From positions 13,888,001 to 13,952,000 of the forward strand of contig JBHGNT010000003.1 in the NCBI GenBank assembly GCA_043228905.1: DNA of 64,000 nt. Direction: 5' to 3'. Made by a program: the position numbers and the translations under genes. The notes under the pieces were generated by a model. That model was not told the origin of the DNA and did no database searches. It worked only from the letters and a program-made list of their open reading frames with translations. This DNA comes from Azolla caroliniana. Lineage: Eukaryota > Plantae > Polypodiophyta. Of this stretch, positions 45,583 to 60,000 are shown in pieces. Positions within the stretch are counted from its first letter, which is position 1. Each line of letters begins with the position of its first letter.

Positions 45583-47687
45583 TGTTAGGAATTGATCGGC
45601 CACAACCGTTTTCCCGTTTGTATTCGTGTGCAAAAACCAAGAACTAGTACACAGACAAGAAAAATGTGAAGGTACAGAGACACCGATATTTTACATGGAA
45701 AACGCGAAATGGGAAAAACCATGGGGGTCCACAAACCCTAAAATGCAGATCACTATAGTAGAGAGGAAGTACAAAAAATACGGAACTCAGAGGCAACGAC
45801 CTCGAGTTCTCCTTCGACTGACTGACGGCTATAGAGTTACAGTCTCATCTCTCACTCACGGTTACAAAGGCAACTACCTCGTTATAACTTTACAATAATA
45901 ATCATTGCACTCTCTATAAGGTTTTCCCTAGTTGCTTATAAACCAAAGCAACTTTCTGGCTATTTACAAGTATAGCCCCCAAGAGGCGTTTTTTATTATT
46001 TACAATTATAGTCTTTTGAAACGATTTCAGTTTTCGATTTCGCCTCAGCCGACATACTTACCAACATGGTACTTCTCTTCTTATCCGGAGGGACATGTTT
46101 CCCAACAAACTCCCCCTTCACTCCGGCATGGGGTACTTCACCAAACCGACTCTCTGTCGGCACGTGTTCAGCTTTTTGGTTGACAACACCTTCGTCAGCA
46201 TATCCGATCCATTTTCAGCCTTGTGGATCTTCATTAGAGCAAACTCCTTTTCTTCTACTTGCTCTCGGAGCCACTGATATCTTCTTTGGATGTGTTTGGT
46301 GCTCAAGTGGTAGGCGACATTTTTTGCAAGGTGGATGACACTCTATTATCGCAATGGAATTGGAATTCCTCCTGCGGAATTCCCAGCTAATTGATAAACT
46401 CCTTCATCCATATGATTTCTTTGCTGGCTTCCACTGCGGCCATACATTTGTCTTCCGTGGTCGACAACGCCACGACCTTTTGCAGCCTCGACTGCCATGA
46501 AACGGCTCCCCCTCATAAGTCATTACGTACCTAGACGTGGATCGGCTGGTATCCACATTAGCTGACATGTCCGAGTCAATATAACCTTCTAGTGGGGGGT
46601 TACCTGAACCGAAACGGAGACACACGTTCGAAGTGCCTTTTAGGTACCGAAGTAGCCACTTCACAGCGGCCCAATGTTGTCTTCTGAGGTTGATCATATA
46701 TCGACTAACCACGCCGACTGCGTATCCTATGCCCGGTTTGGTACATACCATCACATACATCAGGCTTCCGACTGTCGGGGCATAAGGAACCTTTCACATC
46801 TCAGCCTTCTAGGTTTTCGATTTCAGACGTTGTTCTTTGCTTAGCTTGCAGTTCGTCGGCAATGTCGACCTGACCGGTTTCGCGCTTTCCGTGCCGAATC
46901 TTTGGAGCACCTTTGTCACGTATTTTTCTTGTGACAACCACAACAAATTATTTGTTCAATCCTGAACAATGTCCATCCCCTGACTTTGCTTTGCCAGACC
47001 CATATCCTTCATCGAAAACAATCTTCTCAAGGCCGTCCTCAGCACTTGGATATTCATATGGTTCCGTCCGACAATTAGCATGCGTCCACGTACAACAGAA
47101 GAATGAGGAAATATCCTTTGTCAAATTTCTTCACAAATACATAGTGATTGGCCAACGTTTTCTAGTACCCGTTGTCGGTCATGAAGGATTCAAATTTTTG
47201 GTACCATTGCCGAGGTGCTTGCTTCAACCCGTACAGGCTCTTCTATAATCAGCATACCAAATTCTCTTCTTCGAGATCACCGTGCAGAAACGCCGTCTTG
47301 ACATCCAATTGCTCGACTTCGAGATCCATGTTGGCCGCAATGCTCAACACGGTTTGGATTGACGTCATTTTTACGACTGGGGCAAATATTTCGTCGAAAT
47401 CGACACCCTTCTTCTGTTGAAATCCTTTCGCGACGATTTGTGCTTTGTACCTAGGTGGATTCCGGCCATATCCCGGTTTCAACTTGTATACCCATTTATT
47501 CCAAAGTGCCCTCTTTCCTCTTCGCAGTTTGGTCAGTTCATATGCATGGTTCTCATGCAAGGAATCCATCTCCTCTTGCATGGCACTCAACCACTTTTGG
47601 TTTTGGGTATCTTCCTTGGCTTCTTCAAAGATTTTCGGCTCCCCCTCAGCGGTTAGTAGTACACGCTCTTTATCAGGAAATCTTCGC
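45583..47687 (-). mobile_element. Decayed Tnt1-like Copia 3' half (H)
   Basis: LTR ~45583-46107, PPT 46108-46120 and disrupted RH/RT. Confidence 0.8.
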
Positions 47688-50520
47688 GAGAGCACTTTGA
47701 GATTGCCGAAGTTCGGACATCTGATGAGCGGTTAAACTAAGGAAATTTTGTATTTGTAAGAAATACGACTCAATGGAGGATTTCCTTGAGTTCCTTCGGC
47801 TTGAGCGGATTACATCGAATTGTTATTATGAGCCATTGAATGATAATCTTTGACAAAGAAATACCTTTATGAGTTCTTGGTTATGCCTTTTGTTTAACTA
47901 ATGCTCCGACCACATTTCAACAAGAAATAAATGACATTTTCTGAGAGAGCACTTTGAGATTGCCGAAGTTCGGACATCTGATGAGCGGTTAAACTAAGGA
48001 AATTTTGTATTTGTAAGAAATACGACTCAATGGAGGATTTCCTTGAGTTCCTTCGGCTTGAGCGGATTACATCGAATTGTTATTATGAGCCATTGAATGA
48101 TAATCTTTGACAAAGAAATACCTTTATGAGTTCTTGGTTATGCCTTTTGTTTAACTAATGCTCCGACCACATTTCAACAAGAAATAAATGACATTTTCTG
48201 AGAACAACTTGGAAAATTTGTCATTATTTTCTTGGATGATATTCTAGTTTATACTCGTACATTAGAAGAACATGTTAAACATGTCTGCTTTGTTTTACAA
48301 ACACTGCGTAACAAACAATCTACGCAAAGATTTCAAACTACGAGTTCTTCAAGAAATCAATTACTTATCTTGGACATCTCATAACTGAATGAGTTGAAAT
48401 TGATCCTTCTTGCATCGAGAAAATCAAACTTTGGCCCACTCTTCGGAATATTCGAGAAGTTCGATCATTCCTTCATTTTGTTAGAGTTTTGCGAAAATCC
48501 CTTTGTAATTACTCCCAATTGACGACGCCGTTTACTGATCTTCTAAAAGGTCAAACGCGTAAATCTACAAAACCTATTGTGTGGAATGCTACACTAGACC
48601 TCGCCTTTAAGGAACTGAAGAACTTGGTGTGCAAGACTCCTTTTTACCCGATCCGTCAAAACCTTTTGAGGTTGCAACTGATGCAAGCGATTATACTATA
48701 GGTGTTGTCTTATATCAAGATGGTAAACCAATAGTATTCAAGAGTAAGAAACTAGATTCTGCTCAATGTCGGTATACCATTCATGAAAAGGAATTATTTG
48801 CAGTTATACATGCGCTCAAAACATGGCACCATTATATTTATGGAAATCGTTTTGTGGTAACTGAGAACCACGAATCCTTGAAATAATTTTGTAACCAACA
48901 AGACCTGAAAGTTCGTAAGGCACGATGGCCTGATCTCATCCAGGACTTTGATTTTTCCATACGATATCATAAAGGTTCCATGAACATTGTCGCATCCGTG
49001 AAGTTAACACGCTTAGCTTCACTGAAATAACATCATATCTTTATGATCACCTTCGAGGAAAGTATCATGATGACAGTTATTTTGCGAAATACAGGGCAAG
49101 AGTTGAGTCTAGAACAAACAACACCACATCCTCGAAGGAATCCTTCCACGTTGCTAGTGGTTTGTTGTATCATAATGGGAAGGTTTGTGTTCCAGATTTT
49201 CCTGAGGTCAAAAAGAGAATTCTTTTTTAATGCCATGATACAGCCTCATCAGGGCACCCTGGAATATATCATACGCTCGTTCTCATCTCCACTCAATTCT
49301 ATTGGCCTAAGATGTGTCCTGATATACATAGCTATGTGACTAAATGTCACCAATGTTAGGTTAACAAAGTCGCGCGGCTTAAAGCCGCAAGACTTTTACA
49401 TCCCTTGGACATTCCCAATAATAAGTCACAGGACGTTGTCACGAAGATTCGTGCGTGCGTGTGCTACTCGAGCGACCACCGGGGTCTTGGACTGGGGAGG
49501 ACATTCCCAGAATTATCGAAGAGATGACAATCAATGTAAGATTGGATGAAATTTGTTCAATTGAGAAGAAGAAAGATTGTACACTTGAGAAGTAGAAAAA
49601 TATGAAGAAGATAAAGAAGAATATAATTATATTGATGATAGTGGTGTTGGTGATATCACATATTGAGCCCCCCTTTACACAAGCTCCACTAGGGTTTTAA
49701 TAGCTCTCTTCATGCACAAAACCATGGGTTTAGAACCATGGTTTTGGGGACACGGTTTTGCTTATGACATGCACAATCCATGGGTTTAGAACCATGGTTT
49801 TGTGCACATGGTTTTCTATGGTTGTTTCGTCTATAATTCGTATATGAAAAGGAAATACATAAAATCTACACTATATGATAGTTGTCCTAGTGGTAAGGCA
49901 AACATATTGTATCTTAGAGGTGCAAGGTTCAAACCTTGCTTGCACCCCTCTGTATGAACTGAAGTGTCACTAGACATTAGGCTTATTTGCTATTTGCTAA
50001 GTGCATGTGTAATGTTGCACATCCTTGGTTTATTCGTCTCACTCGGTTTCACACTGTAGCCGAAAATCGTCACGACAACGTTGAGCATGAGCTCCACGGA
50101 TCATCCTCAATCCGAAGGACAGAAAGAACAAGTAAATCAAATTATTTAGGACATGCTTCAAGCATACGTTGGTGCAAAACCAACAAAATCGGGACGTTAT
50201 CTCCCAAATTTGGAGTTTGCTTATAACAACTCCAAGCATACGTCGACGGGATATAGTCCTTTTACGTTGATGTATGGTTTTCAGCCATGAGCCCCGATTG
50301 ATGTTAATATACATCATGATGAGTTGCGAAGTACGCAAAACTTTCTTCAGGATATGCAAGATATGTTTCATATTGCACGAGATAATATAAAAACAGCTCA
50401 AGACAGAGTGCGTTTTTACGCCATCCGAGAATTTAAAATTAAATGGATGGATAAATCTATCAAAGATGCCACATGGGAATTTAAAATTAAATGGATGGAT
50501 AAATCTATCAAAGATCCCAC
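47688..50520 (+). pseudogene. Older, rearranged copy of chromovirus D (RT-RH-INT-chromodomain pieces; leader piece at ~45470-45580)
   Basis: High nucleotide similarity to the reverse complement of 37980-40320. Contains a 257-bp tandem duplication (47688-48203) and a 48-bp duplication (50429-50523). Confidence 0.88.
49437..50077. mobile_element. Solo LTR K2 (641 bp)
   Basis: TGTC...GACA ends flanked by ACGT. Ends resemble K1. Confidence 0.7.
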
Positions 50521-52177
50521 ATGAGGTTGTCGTCTGCAAGCCTCTTCATCCCCTTCTCGCTCATGTGACACAACCTCTTGTGCCACAGCTCACCGGCAGT
50601 GTCGGAAGCCATGTTCACTTCTTCCGGGCATAACCGGGCATTCATCAGGTACAGCGTGTTTACCTTCCGGGCCTGAGCCACAATCAGGCTCCTTTTGCTG
50701 AACTTCGTAACACCGTTCCGTATGCTACCCATGTAGCCTTCATCATCTAGCCGACCGACTGATATCAGGTTCAGACGAACCTCCGGAACGTGTCGGACAT
50801 CCTTCAGCAGCAGCTTGCATCCAGTTGGTGTTGTCAACCACATGTCTCCTATGCCAACAATTCGGCATGTACCTTCATTCCCTATCTGGACACAGCCGTG
50901 ATCACCAGCTGAGTAGGATGAGAAGCATTTCCGGTCTAGGGTAAGGTGGAACGACGCTCTAGAGTCGACCACCCAGGTCATGTCGTCGCCGGAAAGGTTT
51001 AGCTCACTCTCCTCGGTGATGAGCATCAACTCTTCTTCACTTGCCGCGATTGTCGTCGTTCCCTTCCAGTTCGGCCCCGTCCGGTCTTTACCGTTCCGGT
51101 CCGGTGTCTGCTTCGAATTGGTACCGTCGGTTTCCTGGTCTTTTCAGAAGTGCCGACAGTTCTTCTGGAAGTGTCCCAGCTTGCCACAATAGAAGCAAGT
51201 AGGCCTCCCCCTTGACTTTGACCGTGTCCCCGACTTTTCCCGGTTCTGGGGGCTACGGTTCCTTTGTCTTCCGCATTCCGATTCGGTAAGGAGCGCTTTG
51301 GATTCGGAGCTCGTATCCTTATCTTTCCGACGCGCCTCCTCATCTAGCAAGCTCGACTTCACTCTTGCTAGGGATAACCATTTCTCTTCCGGCCCAGCAT
51401 TGCCCAAAGTGACAACCAACGTCTCCCATCTATCTGGGAGGGAACTGAGCAGGAGTAGCGCTAGTACCTCATCGGCGAGAGGTACTTCCAACGATGTTGC
51501 CTGGTGGATCAGCCCCTGGAAGACATTCATGTGCTCCGCCATGTTGGAGCCATCTTGGTACCGGAGTCTTACTAGCTTCCAAAATACCGAAACCTGATTA
51601 ACAACATTTTTGTTTTGAAACATAATGCCGATCTTCTCCCAGAGCTCATGAGCCTTGCTCTCTTCATTGAAGTTGTTGTATAGACTCATGTCGATGAAGC
51701 ACCGTATGTAAGCCGTTGTCTTCATGTGCATCACCTCCCATATCGTGGCGTCGATTTTGTCCGGTCTCTTGTCCCCAAACTGAACCGGCAACCAGAGATC
51801 TTTAACCACGAGCATGTCCCTCATCTTCGACTTCCACACCGAATAGTTGGGCATGCCTCCCAACAAATCATCCATTTTTCTATGTCGTTTTTGCTCTGAT
51901 ACCACTTTGACAGGAATACACGCTCCCTAAGCACAACGCTCGGCCACAACCGAGTCTAGGATCAAACACAGAAAACGGGTAAGGTACGCACGACACAGTG
52001 AAGAGAAGAGTACACAGGATGTTAACGTGGAAAAACCCAAACTAGGGAAAAACCACGGCAGCCCACAGACTGCAAACTATCACTATATCACAATGTACAA
52101 TAATAAAGCACCGAGGCAACGACCTCGAGCTTGCTATCTTCGCCACAGGCGGCGGTTACAACAGAGGCAACGACCTC

Positions 52178-52215
<38 letters not shown>

Positions 52216-52603
52216 CACGGTTACACACAGAATTATCGCAACCAACTAGAATGACAACGACACAACACTAAGTTTTCCCTAAGTCATATTTATACTTATA
52301 TACTTTTCGGCTATTTACAAATATAGCCCCGATGGGCTCTCAGAAACATATTTATGAATATGTCCCTTCATCCGGTGAGCACTCCTCATTGGGCATGCAT
52401 CATCCGGCGCTTGTCGGGCACTCGTCATCCGGTTCTCACCGGGTCTTCCATTGCCGGGTACTCCACATCCGGTTCTCACCGGGTCTTCCGTTGCTGGGTA
52501 CTCCACATCCGGTTCTCACCGGGTCTTCCGTTGTCGAGTACTCCACATCCAGTTTCAACATTGTTCTTCTCACTTCCCATCCAGAGGGACCTGTTTCCTA
52601 ATA
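50521..52603 (-). mobile_element. Copia 5' half (G): 5' LTR 51908-52603, PBS 51893-51904, gag, PR
   Basis: NYSVWKSKM, CFYCGKLGH, WVVDSRAS, LWHKRLCH. 40-bp U3 array. Confidence 0.88.
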
Positions 52604-54088
52604 GTTGCTCTAATGACGCCAATTTCTGCTTGGCGGCTTGCCGTAGCTCGGTGGCCCGTTTGGCTTGTTGCTATGTCATTTTGACACGTCGGACCATGTC
52701 CTTGGCTGCCCGAGTTGTGTGGTGCAGATTGCGATATGCCTCGACTAAGGCCGTGTTCAGATCAGGTAACTCCATGAGGAGGGAAGCATTCTGTGCTTGC
52801 TTCTTCCGCCCTATCTTCTGTAAGGCACGATCCTCGTGAGGTTCGATTTCTCCCATTAGAGCGCGTTGGATCATCTTTGTTTCCGCGTGCTCCTCGGCCA
52901 TACGAGCTGCAGCAGCTACTTGGGCACGCGCGAGGAAATCCATTAACTCATATTTTGTGCCTAGTGGAAGTAGTGCACTGAACTCGTATGCCTCCGCAAG
53001 AAGATCTTTGTAACCGAGGACTTCCTCCTCTGATATCTGCGTGGTTTGTCCATGCTCGATCCTACCGACTTGGAGCCATGACTCCATTGGTACCATGGTC
53101 GTGGAGGTCGGGCTGGCCTCTTTTGATTTCTGATGTTGGGTGCCCTCAGTTTCTGCGGTTGACTCTCGATTGATGCGTCGTCTTGTTTTCGGTTGATCCT
53201 GTGAGTCTGAGGCCTGTGGTGTTGGCTCCTCGGCTTGTTTCCTTTTTTGTTGCCATATGCCCGAGGGCTGCTGGTTTGTGGGGCGTGGGTTCGGTTGTGG
53301 AGAGGGCATCGATTTCCTTGGTGTCTTCTGTCGTATGGTGACATCCTCAGTGATGGGCTCCTCGGCCTCGTCCCATTCGACACGGGTCGCTGTTAACACC
53401 CGTTGCTTTGTGTTTTTGCTGGGGGTGGTGTCGAGGCGGAAGTAGAGTTCCAAATGGCCGAGGGAAGTGGAGAAGGCGCGGGGTCTTCCCATTCTTCTTG
53501 GGTTAACGCCAAAATCTTCTCCCGTTGTTTCCGTGGTGGTGGTGGGGAGGTAAGGATGCGGCGAGGGGAAACCGAAGGAGGTGGGTAGAGGACTGTGAGG
53601 AAATGATTAATCACAGGCAGTAATCGCTTACCGGTTTGAAAATATTCGAGCATCGCATGGATTCCTTCGCCGGTGATGATTCCCCAATCGATTTTGTCGC
53701 CTTTGAATGCCCTGATGATGATGGCAACTTTATTCTGTGGCATACTCGTGGGATTTGTATGCACAAAGGCGTATTGCATCAAAATCCGGGCGATCTCACC
53801 AAAAGCCTTGTTTGGCCCTCCGTAAGTGCGGTGAGCTTTACCCGACATTGAATACATCCCAAAATATTCCTTGAGGGTCGAGTGGGGAGGAATTTTGACT
53901 TCATGGCCTCTGCCTCGCGCAAGGTCCGGAGCAACGCGAATCATGTTGTTTGTTACTGTGTCAGGGTGGATTCTGCGTGCTATTGTTGGGGCGTCAGGGT
54001 GCGTTGGGGTGTTGATGACCCGTAAGTACCCGCCCAGTCCTCGTTGTTGTAGCCAAGAACGGGTTTCCTGCGATGCTGAAAGAGGCAT
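52604..54088 (-). pseudogene. Extra ORF of Gypsy B (frameshifted, truncated)
   Basis: 53393-54088 is homologous to the extra-ORF N-terminus of A. 52671-52900 is homologous to 31997-32617. Confidence 0.72.
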
Positions 54089-57000
54089 GGTGGACTCGAA
54101 GGTTTGTTGATAGGAGGCGTGGGGGGAAGCGATGACACGAGGGCGAGACAGAGAGCTGGAAGAATATGAGTGGAGAAGACATCGGTGGTCAATGCAGGGG
54201 CTACGAGGACGAGAGGAAGCCTATTTGTAGGAGCGATTAGAATGAGAGAGAGCTTGGGAGCTTGAAGGCGGTGAAGGCAAGAACGTTGTTGTGTGAGTGA
54301 GCGCGTTGTGTGTGGGGTAGTTTCTTTTATGTGACTGCCTAGGGTTTTGTCCAAGGCGAAGATCCTTTAGATTCTTGGTTGTGGCTTCCATAATAAGGTA
54401 TTATGGCCATGCGTCCCAGGAGTGCTATGTCTGGTGTGCATGCTCCTTAAATATTCTAATTTAAAGTAAAGGTGACTAGTTGGTGCACCTAAGAAAATGT
54501 CATGATTTGGGGTGATTAGTTAGGTAGTTTTAGGTAAGGCTAATTTAACTACTAAAAACCATTGCTACTATATACATTTGGTGGGTAGGTCATTATTTTA
54601 CCGATGGGGACACGTGGCCTCCTTCGTGACATCGTCCGTGCACTAGTCCGTGTCGTGGGGCTCGGCGAAGCGATTATCTAGGGTATTCCCGTGGTAAGGT
54701 CGAAGTCGGAATCCATTTACCCAGCTTTTGACGATGTCTCCAGCAAGTGTGCCAAGTTGGAATGTGTCGTTAAACTCGTCAATTATCTAGAAGGAGCCTG
54801 TCCACCGGAATCGTAATTTCCCTGGCATAGCACCGAGTCGTGTTTGGAAGACCAGTACCGGTTTGCCGATGGTCAGTGTTTTCTCCATACCTTTCCGGTG
54901 ACGATTGACAAAGGCTTTGCGTTGTCGTTGGCATTGCTCCAATTGAGCCATGCTGGTCACTCGATGTTCGCTGAGTTCGAGGAGTTGCTCGAGCCAATAT
55001 TGCTCTGATTGGGCCTCGGGTAGCCTTTCCTTAACCTGAACTCGGAGACTCGAAACTTGGAACTCGATCGGCATGACTGCTTCCAAACCAAAGGCCATCC
55101 GAAAGGGTGTAGATTGAATGCTAGTTTTAAATGTGGTGCGATACTCCAATAATGCACTCTGGAGCTTGTCATCCAAATTGGTGTGGTTCTCATTGACTAT
55201 CTTTTTCAGGATTGTTTGCAAAATTTTATTAGTAGACTCCGCCAATCCATTTGCCTGAGGATAGTACGGTGTACTTTTCTTATGTACGACCGTGTAGTGT
55301 GTAGTGAGTTCACGAATTATGTGGTTTATAAAATGCCGGCCTTGGTCACTAATGAGCTCGATTGGGCATCCATATCAGCACCATAGATGTTCGTATACGA
55401 ATTTTTCTGTGGATGCAATTGTGTTGTCCCGCAGTGCCTTAGCCTCGACCCATTTTGTGCAATACTCCGTGGCCACTATTATGTATTTGTTACCGGTGCG
55501 GGCCGCGGCTGGTTTGAAAGGTCCCACAAAATCTAACCCCCACTTTTGAAATGGCACTAACGGAAGAATGGGTTGGTGCGGCATCCGGGCTTGCTCGGTT
55601 GATTGTCCCATGCGTTGACACAGATCGCACTGTCGACAGAATTCATGAGCATCTTTTTCTTTCTGGGCCACCATAAGCCACTCTGCCATATTTTCTTGTT
55701 GTGGCCTCTCCAACGTAATGTCCCCCCGAGATTCCGTGATGTGCCTCCTGGAGGATTGCGTGTTTCTCGAATTGATGGATTGCACGGTGCCATATGTCGT
55801 CCGAGCCTTTGTGGTAGAGGGTGTCAGAGACCAAACAAAAGTTTCGGCTCCTAACCGCTAGTCCTTTCCGAGAGTCGAGGATCAAGTGGTCGGGAGGAAG
55901 GCCGGTGCTAAGAAAATAGGTCATCTCCGTGATCCATTCATCTTCATGTTCATCTGGCACCGTTGCGAGACTAAAAAGGGCGGCGTCGGGTAGATCATCG
56001 TACGTGGACTCGGCTGGTTCTCCTGACTCGAGACGGCTCAGGTAGTCAGCTTCAGCGTGTTGGACTCCGGGCCGGTGCTGGATCTGAAAATCAAACTCTT
56101 GTAGCAAGAGCATCCATCGGGCCAGGCGACCTGTGAGAGCCTGCTTATCAACCAAGTAGAGGTAATGTCGGAGAGGTAATGCCGGAACTTGTTGATATTG
56201 TAGACCATACTAAGGGCCTCGCGTTCTGTTGTTGAGTAGTTTTTCTCCGCGGCCGAGAGTCGTCGGCTAGCATAATACACTGGCCGGTACCAATTTGGTG
56301 GTGTGCGCTGCATGAGCGGCTACCTATGGCTATATCTGATGCGTCTACGAAGACGTGAAAAGGTTCCGGCCAAACTGGTGGTTGTACAACAGGGGCGTGG
56401 GAGAGCATTAATTTCAAGGCTTGGTAAGCCTCGTCTTCTATTGAAGACAACTGAAATGGAAGTCCGTGCACAACCGCATGTAATGGAGTCGCGAAATCGG
56501 CCAGGTGTCGTAACATCCGGTTATGCCATCTGATCTGGCCCAGGAATCGGCTGAGAGCTTTCGCAGTAGAGGGCGCGGGAGCATTCAGAATGGCATGCAC
56601 TTTATCCGGGTCCATGGCGATACCTTCCTAGTTGACTATGTGCCCGAGTAGGTTGCCGCTTGTCACCAAGAATGCGCATTTTGCCGGATTTAATCTCAAT
56701 TGAGCTTGTCGACATCGCTCGAGACAGAGGCGTAGCTGGGTCATATGCTCCAGCCGTTGGCCATACATGGCAAAGTCGTAGAGGAACACTTGCATGAACG
56801 TTGGGATATACTCGTTGAAAATCTCTGTGATGATGCGTTGGAATGTGGTCGGTGTCATTTTTAATCCGAACATCATTACCTCGTCCACGAAGACACCCCA
56901 TTTCGTGACAAACGTCGTTTTCTCCTAATTGTCTGGGTGCATTCTGATTTGATTATAGCCACTGAACCCATTGAGGAAACTGTAGCATTCATGACCAGCC

Positions 57001-60000
57001 ACCGTGTTGAGGACACTATCCGTGAACGGGAGAGGAAACCCATCCGTGACTGTCGCGGCATTGACTTTGCGGTAATCAACGCAAACGCGGATTTTCCCGT
57101 TTTTCTTGGGGAAGACTACAATTGGGCTAACCATGTGGCTCTTTTTACTAGGCGTGTAAAACCTACTTGAAGGAGTTTGTCGATTTCCTCTTTGACCTTA
57201 GCCGCGTAGTTGGGGTTCATACGGTACCGTCGTTGTTGGACCAGCCGAGTGTCAGGCAGGAGGTGTACTTGGTGTTGGTAATATTGGGGATCCAATCCCT
57301 TCATATCAGTGTAAGACCATGCAAATACATCCTGATACTCTGTGAGCAGGCGTATCAGGGTTTAGCGTTCGTTGGCTGGTAAGTTGTTAGCGATTTGTAG
57401 AGTACGTGGGTTCTCGTCGGAGCCGAGGTTCAGTGATTCAAGCGTTGATGCTTTGACTCGCTGGGAGATGGCGAGTTCTCGTTCAAATCCGTCCCAAGCT
57501 TGTCGTAATTCTGCAATAGTTGTGGAATCAGCCTCGTCCTGGGAAAGTGAATCTGTCGTGACATCCTCGTCCGGTGGTGTGCTGAAACCCGAAATGGCGT
57601 TTATTTCGAAGAGGGGTATGATAGTGGGATGATCTTCCAGGAATTCATCCACCTCTTCGTCGGCTAGGCCGTTGAGCATGTGTACCCCTTCCGCATATAA
57701 GGGTGTGGTGTTGTGGGGTGTAGTTAGGCGTTCTTCTGTTATTACCCATACCTTGGTCTTTCCCCGACGGAAAGAGATCATATTCTGTTGCCAATTTTGT
57801 TGAATATTTGCTATGCGAAGCTAGGGTCGGCCAACCAGCATTGGGTAAGAGCCAGGAGCTTCGAGGCATAACACGATTGCCGAGATAGTGAACATGTGGG
57901 CGCCTAACGTGAAATCAAGGTAGCGGATTAACCCGATGGGGTGAACCGATCGCGTATCGACCATCCGAAGCCAAAATTGGCAAGGTTCCCATTGGTTCAA
58001 GCCGAGTGTGTGACATGTTGCCTCGCTGATGACATTCACGCCGGAGCCACCGTTGATTATGGATCCATGAAGGTCGCGTCCTTTAATCATGATTTTCACG
58101 GCTGGATTCTGGGAATCCATGATGGGTGGGCTCGTCCCTGGCTCTGGCAGGTTCATAGGGGTGGCGACCAATTTGTCGTTAGTCGTGAGTGTAGCCAAGG
58201 TATCCTGAAAGCGCGGCATGAGCGGTAAAAGCTTATGCAATGGCAGCGAGATCCTAGAACTGGTAAGGGCTTCCCATAGATGGTCATCTTCTTCCGCAGT
58301 GGATGGTCCTGCGAGCGGTGGGGTGTCGATGGTCACGTCATGCATCTCTGTGTGCATCCGTTCCACGTTGCTTTTATTGGTGGTCTCAATCCATTCCTTA
58401 GTTGCTTGTCGGACGTCATCTTGTTCTTGCCATTGGCTGGCTTGCTACGTGTAGTGACGTGTTGAACGTCGGCCATAATATGTATTCACGGCCGGGGCCT
58501 TGCCACGGTCCGTGGTTGGGCATTGGGTAGCGTAGTGGCCGGGTTGGTTACACTTAAAGAAGGTAACGGATGCCGAGTTGCTGGTGTCATTGTGCTTAGT
58601 GTGTGGGAAAGGTTGTGAGTGGTTCTCGGCCGCTTGTGTAGGCGTGTTGGCCCGTGCCGCGTTGTGCAGGACGTTTGGAGGAGGCTCCCGACGACGATTG
58701 TCGTTCTGCCATCGATTGTTCCGCGAACCTCTGTAAGAGTTTCTTCTATCGTTTCGTGAATACCGCTGATCGTACCGGTCATCCCAGTCATCATCGTACC
58801 GGTCATACTCATCGTTTGCTCTATGTTGGTCATTGCGGTCTTGGTCACGGCGGTTGTCCGATCTCTTGCGATTGTCGTGGCAGTAGCAGTCGTCGTCGCG
58901 GCGGTATGACTGACGTTCGTCCTGCTGTGAGTAAGTATTTCGAGGCTCGATCTGGCAAACCGGAGTCGTCGTTCTGCGGTTGAGCATGTTGTATTCGCAT
59001 TGTTCGACCGTGTGGGATCGGGACTGACAGATTGGACAATGTGGCCGGTGAGGGCACTCAAGAGCCAGATGGCTTGGGCCCGAACAAGCTGTGCGTTGGA
59101 GGGCTTGTTGGAACCAGTTGTCCTCCTGAGGAAGAGTTCTTTGCAAAGAGCCCATGGAGAAAGTCGTGGTATGTTGTGTCTGATCGATGGCAAGGACGTA
59201 TGCGATGACTTGCTCGATTGTCTGGTTCGAGAAATTGGTAAGTGCGAGAGTCGTCCGTAGAGGCTCCCATAGGCTGGAAAGGAAGGTATCCGGAATGTGA
59301 TGAGCGGAGACATCATCGGCCAGTTGTCGGTAGAGATCCTAAAACTGGATCGTGAATTGGGCAACCGTCTCGTGAGGTTCTTGGCTCGTGGAAAACAACT
59401 GCCAGAGCAGTTCGCGCTTCGGAACTTCACGGTGAAATAATTCTAGAAACTTTGTTTGGACGTCCTGGAACGTTGTGACCTCCCCCACGTCGAAGCGGGA
59501 ATACCATCGAACAGCTGGTCCATCGAGGGATAGAGAAAATTCTGCGATTTTGGAGGACTCGATTTCGGCAGCTGATACCCGCTGTGTCGAGTGGTTGGCC
59601 TGCCATCTGGAAACGAAAGCACGGGTGTGTGATGTCGAGGCCGTCTGTATATCGTGGGTAAGGGTAAGGCATGGTATCAAGATCCGGGTCTTCAGGTAAA
59701 GCTAGAAAAGGGTTAGGGTCAGGTTGGGTGACCTCTGGAGGGCTTGGCAGGGAGGTCGGTGCGGAATCAACTCGCGACTGGGTATCGGGTGGCGAGGATT
59801 GCAACCGGTGAGCTTCTGATAGTTCCTAGAAAGATTGGTCAGTGACCGCCGAGTCGGAAGTTCCTTCGACTAGTTCAGGGCATCGGGCAGGTGGCCGAGA
59901 CCGCGTCATGCGATTAGGCGCCGTAATGGCGACTGGGGTTTGCCTCCTACGTAGTTCGTCGTGACCTTACAACTGTAACCGGGCGTGCCAAATTGTGTTA

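Noticed and set aside
54650-57300. Assigning A, B and C to Tat/Ogre because of the Arg PBS
   Set aside because: No second (archaeal-type) RNase H is visible between RH and INT, so the lineage is left unassigned pending an RT phylogeny.
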